Below, one piece after another: positions 17,101 to 22,702 of a DNA stretch of 29,397 nt. The DNA is taken from the IMG/VR virus record IMGVR_UViG_3300044627_000710. The stretch is one strand, 5' to 3'. A program made the translations under genes and the position numbers. Origin of the DNA: an uncultured virus (IMG/VR IMGVR_UViG_3300044627_000710). Its lineage: Duplodnaviria > Heunggongvirae > Uroviricota > Caudoviricetes. The notes beneath the pieces are model-generated. The model was not told where the DNA came from. It saw only the letters and a program-made list of their open reading frames with translations, and searched no databases. The stretch's first letter is position 1. Each line of letters opens with the position of its first letter.

Positions 17101-18719
17101 TGCGTGTTGAGGTAGTTCAGTTCCGACTGGAGCGCCGTGCGCTGCCCAGCCAGACGACGCCGCAGATCAAAGTCACCCTTCTCAACGGCATCAGACTGCG
17201 CCTGCTGGTTGTCTTCAAGAAGTTTCTCAATCTCTTGGCGCTGCTGCGCTATACCTAAAGCCCGTGCGCGGCTTTGCTCGGGCGTAACTTCTTCCTGGGG
17301 TTCCCGCAGCGTAGGCGGCTCCATACCCGGCAAGACTTGCTGCTGCATCGGCCCAGCAAGCTGCTCCTCACGCATACGCGCTTGTTGCTCAGCCAGTGCG
17401 GCCTGTTCTTGCTGTGCAGCCAGTTGGGCTTTTTGCTGAGCCTCCGCATCACGCAGACCCTGCACCTTTGGCAGCAACTTGTTGTACTCAGCCGCTTGGC
17501 TTTGCAGTTGTTCCTTGAGTTCCTTCTGACGCTTCTTGAGGTCATCAAAAGTTTGCCTGTCAGCAAACGACGAACCGGGCGGCAGCTTTTTCTTCAGGAC
17601 TGCGGCGTTGTCGTCGTACTCTTGTTGCAACGCATCGTGGTCAGTAACGAACTTGAGCGCGTACTCGTCTGTCTGTTTGAACTGTTCTTGCTGGGCTTCT
17701 TGCTCTGCCAGTTTGGCACGCTCAGCCTGACGCTCCCGCGCCTGCTTGGACAGGGTGCGTTGCTCAACAATGTCTCGGGCTTGGCTGCGCTCAACCACTC
17801 GGCCAGCAGCACCGATGGGGGCAAGCAGACCAACCTGATACGCCGTCTCGCCGTACTCAGCCAGCGCGTCTTCGCTAAGAACAGGTAGTCCTGCCTGCGC
17901 ACGCTCCAGCATTTGCTGCGTGATTTCAGTGGGGAGTTCAGCCAGTGCGCCGACTGCCGTACCCTTGGCCAGCGTCTTGAGCAACGTCTCCTTGGCAAGT
18001 TTCTCAGCGCCTTCTTCTGCGCCTTTAGCCAACGCACGCTCAACCGCAGGGCCAAACGCCTTACCGACCAGACTGCGACCAAGCGGAATCAGCGTACCGG
18101 CTACATCCAAACCTGCCTGCACAGCGCCCGTGCCATAGGCTGCAAGACGGTTGATCTCTGGAGTTTCGCCACGGGCAATGGCTTCTTCAGCCTGCCGCTG
18201 AATGTTGCCGCCAGCCTGTTGGAATAAGGAAGGCGTCGCAGCGCCAACGAGCGCGCCGCCAATAACCCCCGCAGGGCCAAACGGTGCACCGGCCATAGCG
18301 CCCAAGCGACCACCGGCAAGAGTCGCGGCAATGTTGGGTGCCTGTTCCGCAATAGCGTACGGAATCTGACTAATGGCTTCGCCCGCAGCAGGCAGCAGCC
18401 CGCGCTCTTCGTAGGCTTTCTTTACCTTCTCAAGACTGACTTGCTCAGCATAGCGCCTGCCAATGTCTTCGCCACGAGCCTTGGCTTCTTCTGCGGCTTC
18501 TTCCGGGGCAATCAGTCCCTTGATACCAGCGCGTGCTGCGCTGACGGAAGACTCGAACCCTTTGCCTAGAGCGCCAAGGATGCCGGATGCAGGCTTTTCT
18601 ACTTTGCCTGCTTGTATCTGTTGAAGCGCCGCCGCGTATGCTTGTTGATCAGTTAGGGGTTCGGGGGATTCAACTTCAAACGTTCCTCGACCCGGAATCT
18701 TGACTTCATAGCGCGGCAT
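8109..18719 (-). CDS. Giant polyvalent internal virion / DNA-ejection protein (hydrophobic N-terminal segments, long coiled coil, zincin metallopeptidase, WCT-motif domain, LPD38-like C-terminus)
   Basis: 3536-aa uninterrupted ORF with AGAGG RBS; Gly/Ala hydrophobic stretch (GAMAGAPFGPAGVIGGALVGAA); very long E/K/A/R/Q helical region; LLHEAVHAAT (HEAVH at 13557-13571) plus SEFVAEALSN; C-terminal YPFFNAQIQG...WFVRIPG...LRIPIPFEPG resembling LPD38; last gene of the morphogenesis arm. Confidence 0.8.
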   Translation of the reverse strand: MPRYEVKIPGRGTFEVESPEPLTDQQAYAAALQQIQAGKVEKPASGILGALGKGFESSVSAARAGIKGLIAPEEAAEEAKARGEDIGRRYAEQVSLEKVKKAYEERGLLPAAGEAISQIPYAIAEQAPNIAATLAGGRLGAMAGAPFGPAGVIGGALVGAATPSLFQQAGGNIQRQAEEAIARGETPEINRLAAYGTGAVQAGLDVAGTLIPLGRSLVGKAFGPAVERALAKGAEEGAEKLAKETLLKTLAKGTAVGALAELPTEITQQMLERAQAGLPVLSEDALAEYGETAYQVGLLAPIGAAGRVVERSQARDIVEQRTLSKQARERQAERAKLAEQEAQQEQFKQTDEYALKFVTDHDALQQEYDDNAAVLKKKLPPGSSFADRQTFDDLKKRQKELKEQLQSQAAEYNKLLPKVQGLRDAEAQQKAQLAAQQEQAALAEQQARMREEQLAGPMQQQVLPGMEPPTLREPQEEVTPEQSRARALGIAQQRQEIEKLLEDNQQAQSDAVEKGDFDLRRRLAGQRTALQSELNYLNTQLKKAGVYTDEIAKAQKLQAQLDKARQDLKNMSGPGFDPAAADKLDAKIQKLEEELSQYGGVQQALDLGAPQPLKGLPPQEARADYGARVYKPGAADIEAQEAALREEEARAEEERLAEERRAQKVAPEQVALRRIGERYASPTAVGRGQISSEVDQIVESILERQQPAFAGQVVAGEGVRIVDRGDALRAQLAYARVTNNKERIEELKKRLADLNEPETEVVGEAPALGATARQAGVEGRETPETRAADQVTRLSQSQLVAYDRLSNFINTVREREVPSDETRVRTLKEGAYRMRDTVVGLALNEADARLAQVGRPGLTTDQQLQLVAALERPLNELIQRGALALMPPVAQSAQMRGTRIVMGAKESQTGKRLFGSFPAASNTIRAQIRSVIDKAIGARAPKEKGKPVKAEGLRVQFAATAKERSEEQLFKEAYAEATDAEARELERIQKRLPYVDNQFVRSAIMDAVRDKANGKALTLDDKSQQALTALDRAVQDEGAQAELFPGETAKAVTRTTPGKFQRFLDSAEVARLRAKQAEYNKQAAMMAKRAASIEARIEAERKAADDYVNSLTAGKAKTPAEAAERALQTAVDKNAEAVRIADAINKRRMEERARIAAMIVELERGKTVAQKKVDELAELGEYLSNQMLIKPTDKKIEAAAKDLDNKFKKAVKDYQAVIAATDKAKALQTKILEAHANDTIDNSLIRAGAKAQERIDKARTELSAAREAEGEARRAVEAVQKAQVSETEEQRRQRALLYPSTGVRRTVVVRDTSDPAVQTTINNYRGIIAKKEEEHVVAIKTLDAARNDVAKAEKELAKARDARKGVTQAQKDLDAAQAEARTAEAAANAIALSIEKTYRNVYAALDNAPLRQFEVASKEDVQAFEQYEESQRRLADAQLKASFAEKGLAEPKTPERRKLGPVAKVQSAAPTTMRTGTEESRAGLTTRGQPVGSRITTVEATEAELKRLNKIVQRSALGDIAAKRAELNQINDQLKFIAANPKGTTRTGNPKLTPKQEEAKRAAEARKRELQAELTKLVEEQKTTVKQAQERKAAGKALRAETRKLARTEAEETGEVSEERKLLRGVEVESPDLTPTQVNSIRNNDVVAALEDIANDKTASELNRAVARRLSTLLEGTRIEIVDGLTDDKGNGVSGAATSKLIQLDAKYGLSQEVLLHEAVHAATERVIQADETKLTREQLIAKRELQALFAAIQNDPGITSKNAKSSLSEFVAEALSNSNLQEQLRGKKWRLSDAWKGIKSIILRLLGIKNPETMLGATLAAVDNLMIPSSQRALMEAPVTSRNLAQKDIAALDDGSNSMKEFASQFAQYIKQKDRTPEDVNRIGMDFLNAMGGTPFDYVAKADPNRLDYKSDTIMSDGKVFDPNNPLHAVEATPTTFVAIRAQQDAALRKKEADAINQNRKEDLRSLIDLLRTNGSYTWPEQALVAKAASRYAVLSTPEGRLRLAEISDNNRHPIAVVSKETANAVIEELRKGKSLKAAFLDGLQRNADANAQRNSTKQGWQKFDQTTKDQRPTLEQLYTEEELEAAFAQFDFEDADQTIEQLIEDGLLPDRRPLMATATLVPDAIENAAIALNNACAGTSWCTGSDVSTARSQIFDGDFYIYYKDGRPEVAVRMYGTDSIGEIRGNTPQQWLTAEQQKIAEDFLRTKEFDNANTYLKELSRKESLIRIIKGDFAVGDSKNYEDFYNETNSAGNSMTMLTGMRLNSVIKDLFKFRALDGYASKMRPEPSAAVIDEVTKGLLELQKLDRSKGYFFHDEIHVLSDGTALINKKYGGGEAKARKTHALNLDVKDVKAVRKLLLDQDNAYLPSLQTVKDLYVAPGKNVFPALTSIDALMLVRDKNDVEINDKAVVNDIIGYVFDGKYSGIDLKGGFYIRSVKGVTGVLKTVPYVKEAEPKTVLVDALTDYTNGIFVAAAKNKGESGWPDDNIHVLAEKANVVVQQKELAFTIPDPSKATTREQKEALRLLQAGLSVLNEFAIRIPQETTEALLNDPDYASTVLEKIRPTRKGAPVRAIMAVKRIIGQAKPKRIPAVTDTFFSFREELEALMIAVGRVESAENITKFFKDINDAKIFKWYSSEFVLPEKLPDLKTPARIADVPPPEELVDVPERPRYAPINPALQGAMGIVDQVVAKQKPISDRVRAASGGFLGAETQLVDRFAGFEKLAKYMPKYQGAQMLYYLRMYDQKMNYTSQSAGNGALQLVPYKRPDGETEYIIESVDGANLRNVVLILRDAKNLVGDVDATSRLFTFYLAAKRAERVGFDKLDISGQVTEAQLRDVVRQVESVKGLKEIFESARDEYNQYNADQIRFMVQAGVMNQEEANRLLKAKDYIPWYRSRNGVVEMMIGGETPFKVGNIKDTPHLEQLVGGSEPILDFMVSSVQNTNMLVDMALNNIAKRNAVIELADMGAAIITPKPTSGRDVIKFKYHGEDRYAILQTEQIKIGDKVIDTGVPADLLVKGMEGIPLQVSGVMRLMSIPTMILRKSVTLNPAQMFRQLFRDTTQAYLAAGSDAAPVLGALKEIGAGTRGVLEKRGITGGQVFTGTAEDISKIMREIAKGGVNATRLLAGLEASAAEVDAATRRSQYNSYIKQGMSQMEATLLALESMNFNKRGASPSVHAANALYPFFNAQIQGINVLYKAMFGQLSPSDRARIKEKLITRATMMIAISLAYAHHMQGDEAYKNATPEQKYFNWFVRIPGVEEPLRIPIPFEPGYIFKALPEALYNRLVAKTAAAADEAKGAMLAVLRNVIPGASNWFVPQAIATPVQIGANYSFFQGRSILSKREQELLPEQQYRDNTTELAKLFGGATGISPIMFEEAVRGYFAGLGLATLQIASLPITPKEGPEKATKRMSQMPVVGALFQPNDAGWIINNTYDTLDEARKTQRTVTELINRGEIAQARALMEERKSDYVRAELEGYYRQEMGQLTQLEAAIRASSKTPDEKREFLDRVRQYKIKLAAMVRDASDKTKLQADLS

Positions 18720-18743
18720 GGCGACCTCTTAGATTGTTATCCC

Positions 18744-21026
18744 CTACCCTGTCTGGCGAACCGTGACGTTTTGGGGGATGACCGGAGCTTGTCCAGCCAT
18801 CTGTGATGTTACCCCAGAAGGTAGGGGCAAGCCAAGGTTCTCAAACGCTTGCTGAACGTAGAACTGGTACTTAGCAGCTTTTGTTTCTTCTGACATTTGA
18901 GACTTATCCAAAGGCGACAATCCCTTCTCCCAGTTGGCGTACGACGTGTTGGCAATCTGCATAGCCTGAGCAGGACCGCGCAGCGACCTGTAGTACTCAG
19001 CCTCAGCACCGGCTTTCTCTCCCAACAAGGTACGGTAGGCTTCCTCAGACTTCAGCTTGCGTTCTTCCATCGCCGTCTTTTCTCTTTCACGGCGAGCCGC
19101 CAGGGCACCAAGACCAGCAGCACCGGCAGACTTCATGAGTCCGGCAAAGCCTTCACCCTTCGTACCGGGCGACATCATCATCCGTAGGCCGATCTCTACC
19201 AAGTCGTCGTTGGACAGACCCTTACGATCAGACTTTGGAAGTTCTTCCTTAGCGGTAGCCAGTGCTTCTTTCTTGACCTCTTTGGGCAGTTCCGTTTCGC
19301 CCAGGAATGCACCTTGACCCCGGCTACGGTCGTATTCAGGCATAGGCGTAAACTTTTCAGCCGCAGCGCCTTGTTCACCTTCACGCGACAAAATATCTGC
19401 GGCGCGAACTTGTTTACCAGTTTTTTCACCGCCCCTTTCAACTACGCCAGCGATACGACCAGGGGTTGGCTGCGTAGCTTGCTGTTGTCTGAGGTACGCA
19501 ATGCCGGGTGATTCGAGGCCGCGATTTTTTTCTATCATCCGGGCTATGTAGGCTTGCTCTCCTAGCGTAGCGCCTGCTCCCATAGCTTCACGTTTTGCCG
19601 TTTCTACTGCGGCTTCAATTGGGGCGTTCTTTTCCTTAGCCCTTTCTATAGCCATGCGCTCAATTTGCTGGGGCGTAAGTTTTCCGGGGGTAGGCGCAAT
19701 ACGCTCATAAGCTGCGCGGCCTGCTGCCGGAATTTGCCTAACGCCAGCTACTGCTTTGGGTGCAGCCACGCCCAGCGTGTTGACCATGTTGGCCGCATCT
19801 TCCTCTGCGATGCCCAACTGCTTGGCAATCCAAGCGGAACCTTTGTTGATGTTTTCTCCAACAAACCCGGCAAGACGGCGCGATGCTTCTTGCTGATACG
19901 CGGGGTCGTTTGTGATACCGAAAGTTTTTCCAACAACATCTTGGAAAGGATCGGCCACTTCCGAAGAAAACTTTTCTGCTTCCGCAGGCGACAAGAACGG
20001 ACGCGAAGCAGCGTAGCCGACCTGCTTAAGTGCAAAGGCAGCGGGAGACAAAGCCACATCAGTCAAAGAGGCCAGTCCTTTACCAAAATTACCAAACGCA
20101 CCACTTTGTGCCGGAGCAGCAGTGGCAGGCGCTGGTTCTTTAACAAGCTCCGCAGCAGTCTTTGGCTGCGCAACCGCCGTACCAACAGGCATTATTTTGG
20201 TCAGATAGTCAGCCGTTTCTTTGGGCAAACCAACAGGGTTCAACTCGCCCTTGTTCTTTTGAAGGTGCTTGTCCAAATTGCCGGGGCCAAAGTTGTAAGC
20301 GGCAAGAGCCTTGTCGTACGAACCGTACTTGTCCAGTTGACGCTTGAGGTAGCCAACAGATGCCTGGATGTTCTTGACCGGGTCTTTGCGTTCTTCAGGA
20401 CGCAGCCCCATATCCCGCGCAGCAGCAACTCGAAGCTGACCAAGCCCAACAGCCCCTGCGGAGGACACCGCAGTAGTAGCGTCGGCCTCGCCACCAGTCT
20501 CTGCCATGAACATACGCACGGCAATATCAGGATCAACGCCCTGGCGCTCGGCTTCACTGCGGATCAATGCCTCAAAGTCGCGCACCCGTTTACCCGCCGC
20601 ATAGCCAGGAACCGCACCGCCGCCAGCCATGCGCACGACGGGTTCGCTGCGCTGAGAGAAGTCAAACATACCGCCGCGCGAAAACGAATCCTCTGCGGTG
20701 TCCGAGACGCCGCCTTCGGCGTAGCCTGCGATCCCACCATCGGCCATAGTCTCCATATTAGGAGCACGCAGCGCGGCCAAGCCGGGGGCTGCTTGGGGTT
20801 GTTCGCCCATAGACATGATGGCCTGATCGGCCACTTTCATTTGGGGCTGTCCCATCTGAGCCATCTGCGCCTGAGCAGCCATGCGCATCTTCTTGCGCGC
20901 CGCGTCTTCGGCAATCACCATCGGCAAGATGTACGGATCATTCTTGTACATCATGGCCACGCGCTGCAATGCCTGATCCGGCATCATGCGCAACTGCTGA
21001 GTAAACTGGTTGACGTTCGGAATCAT
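18744..21026 (-). CDS. Internal virion protein with SLT-type lytic transglycosylase domain
   Basis: 760 aa; about 20190-20580 encodes AERQGVDPDIAVRMFMAETGG (catalytic Glu), SSAGAVGLGQL, DPVKNI...GYL, ALAAYNFGPG, the classic SLT motifs. Confidence 0.88.
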   Translation of the reverse strand: MIPNVNQFTQQLRMMPDQALQRVAMMYKNDPYILPMVIAEDAARKKMRMAAQAQMAQMGQPQMKVADQAIMSMGEQPQAAPGLAALRAPNMETMADGGIAGYAEGGVSDTAEDSFSRGGMFDFSQRSEPVVRMAGGGAVPGYAAGKRVRDFEALIRSEAERQGVDPDIAVRMFMAETGGEADATTAVSSAGAVGLGQLRVAAARDMGLRPEERKDPVKNIQASVGYLKRQLDKYGSYDKALAAYNFGPGNLDKHLQKNKGELNPVGLPKETADYLTKIMPVGTAVAQPKTAAELVKEPAPATAAPAQSGAFGNFGKGLASLTDVALSPAAFALKQVGYAASRPFLSPAEAEKFSSEVADPFQDVVGKTFGITNDPAYQQEASRRLAGFVGENINKGSAWIAKQLGIAEEDAANMVNTLGVAAPKAVAGVRQIPAAGRAAYERIAPTPGKLTPQQIERMAIERAKEKNAPIEAAVETAKREAMGAGATLGEQAYIARMIEKNRGLESPGIAYLRQQQATQPTPGRIAGVVERGGEKTGKQVRAADILSREGEQGAAAEKFTPMPEYDRSRGQGAFLGETELPKEVKKEALATAKEELPKSDRKGLSNDDLVEIGLRMMMSPGTKGEGFAGLMKSAGAAGLGALAARREREKTAMEERKLKSEEAYRTLLGEKAGAEAEYYRSLRGPAQAMQIANTSYANWEKGLSPLDKSQMSEETKAAKYQFYVQQAFENLGLPLPSGVTSQMAGQAPVIPQNVTVRQTG

Positions 21027-21028
21027 GC

Positions 21029-22693
21029 TTAACGCCCCATGTTGTAGATGGCCAGATCAGCCAGACCTGCGGGTTTCTCGCGGTACTCAGCGTCTTCCAC
21101 TTCGCCGCCCTTGGCAAATAGCCCCAGACCCTTGGCCGCAATACCCGCGCCTGCAAGCTGACCGAGCATAGAAGGCGGCTGCTGATACACCGAAGCGCCC
21201 GTCTGCGACAGGGGTGCGCCGCGCAAGATGTCGGACATGAAGCCCAACTGCTTGTACGGGTAGTTCTGGTAGTTGAGGAAGTCTTGGTACTTCGCGTTCA
21301 AGTCCTGCTGCATCTGCTGCTGTTGCAGGCCACCATATTGCTGCTGCAATTGGTTTATCGCCAAGTTCTGGCCGAACTGATTCTGACCCAACTGACCCAG
21401 TTGACCGGCGGCGCCCATCGCAGCCTGCAGACCCTGAAGCCCTAGACCGGCGCCATACTGGCGTGACTGCTCACCAAGCTGCGCAGCGGCTTGACCGTAC
21501 TGAGCGCCAAGACCTGCCTGTTGCATCAGGTTGCCGTAGCCAAACTGACGCGATTGCTCCGCCTGCTGCTGCGCCTGCATCAAAGCCTGTTGGTTGGCGA
21601 GTTGCGCTTGGAGCCCCTGTTGCGCGCCCAGTTGCTGAACACCCAGTTGCGCAGCCAAATTCTGCTGGCCCACAGTTAGACCTGCTTGCTGATTGGCCAG
21701 CGCCGCCTGCAGTGCTTGTTGGGCACTCATGCCCTGCGCCTGCAGTTGAGCAGCTTGGTTCTGGACGTTGGCTTGCTGCTGGGCGCTGAGGTTAGCCAGA
21801 GAAGTCTGGAGCCCAGTCTGCGTGCCAAGCTGCTGCACGCCCAGAGCCGCTTGCAGGTTCTGTCCACCGACCTGGAGCCCCGCTGCCTGATTGGCTTGCT
21901 GTGCCTGAAGCCGCGCTGCCTGCTCGGCGTTGAACTGCTGTTGAGCTTGTTGATACGCCTGCTGCAGACCCATCGCTTGAATGTCGCCCTTCTGCATCGC
22001 AAGGTTGCGTGCAGCTTCAGCGTTCTCAATGGCTTGACGTGCACCACCAAACGCACCGGCACGGGCGTACTTTTGACCGCGAGCAGTACCGGCGATGTCC
22101 GCTTGCCGCTGAGCTTCGCGCTGCTGGATGTCCACCACGTTCTGCATGTAGGGGGACATGAAGGACTGAGCAGCCCCAGGGCGTGCGAACGACTGGGTGC
22201 GAACACGCTCAGCAGGCCCCATTTGGTACGTCTGCAGGCCCGGGGCATAGCCCGTCTGCGCCGTGGCCATCTGCGGAGCCGAAAGGTCACGTGAAGTGAC
22301 GCGCTCCGGGCCTTCCATTTGATAAGCCCGCAGGCCATCTGCCGACACGCTAGGCGCAGTGAACGCCGTAGGTTGGTACGCGCCGGGAGCGCGGTAGAAG
22401 TTAGCAAACTGTCCCGGCTGATACTGGTTGTAGGCCAAAGCCTGAAGACCTGCGGTACCGGCAAGGGCTGACGCATCGCGCAACTGAGGCGCCGCCTCCA
22501 TCGCTTGGGCGCCCGTGAACGCCTGCTGCTGCAGCGGGGAGAACTGCGCAAAACGCTCCCCCTGGTACTGCATGTACGGGTCTTCAAACATCGCCTCCGC
22601 ACGGCCAAGCAGCCGCTCGGCATAAGGCGCGATGACCGGCGCAAAGCCAGTCTGGTACTCGGTAACTTGTGTTGGGTTAGGAGCAGTAGACAT
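21029..22693 (-). CDS. Gln/Ala-rich internal virion (ejection/pilot-like) protein
   Basis: 554 aa; TAAGGA RBS; YQGERFAQFSPLQQQAF, FMSPYMQNVVD, AGAFGGARQAI, NYPYKQLGFMSDILRG and a Gly-rich hydrophobic C-terminus, typical of podovirus DNA-transfer proteins. Confidence 0.7.
   Translation of the reverse strand: MSTAPNPTQVTEYQTGFAPVIAPYAERLLGRAEAMFEDPYMQYQGERFAQFSPLQQQAFTGAQAMEAAPQLRDASALAGTAGLQALAYNQYQPGQFANFYRAPGAYQPTAFTAPSVSADGLRAYQMEGPERVTSRDLSAPQMATAQTGYAPGLQTYQMGPAERVRTQSFARPGAAQSFMSPYMQNVVDIQQREAQRQADIAGTARGQKYARAGAFGGARQAIENAEAARNLAMQKGDIQAMGLQQAYQQAQQQFNAEQAARLQAQQANQAAGLQVGGQNLQAALGVQQLGTQTGLQTSLANLSAQQQANVQNQAAQLQAQGMSAQQALQAALANQQAGLTVGQQNLAAQLGVQQLGAQQGLQAQLANQQALMQAQQQAEQSRQFGYGNLMQQAGLGAQYGQAAAQLGEQSRQYGAGLGLQGLQAAMGAAGQLGQLGQNQFGQNLAINQLQQQYGGLQQQQMQQDLNAKYQDFLNYQNYPYKQLGFMSDILRGAPLSQTGASVYQQPPSMLGQLAGAGIAAKGLGLFAKGGEVEDAEYREKPAGLADLAIYNMGR
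21585..21910 (-). repeat. Intragenic duplicated ~43-aa Gln-rich unit
   Basis: LQAQQANQAAGLQVGGQNLQAALGVQQLGTQTGLQTSLAN versus LQAALANQQAGLTVGQQNLAAQLGVQQLGAQQGLQAQLAN. Confidence 0.8.
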
Positions 22694-22702
22694 GGTGCGT
22701 CC

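Noticed and set aside
8109..18719. Giant protein as a virion RNA polymerase (N4- or crAss-like) or DarB-like methylase-helicase
   Set aside because: No DxDxD catalytic loop (GDFDLR lacks the third Asp and lies in coiled coil), and no recognisable single-subunit RNAP, methyltransferase or helicase motifs; a very divergent enzyme cannot be excluded without structure prediction
21727..22644. 305-aa alternative-frame ORF within the Gln-rich gene (possible overprinting or frameshift product)
   Set aside because: Arg/Ser-rich composition is what shifting Gln/Ala codons produces; no slippery site or RBS noticed
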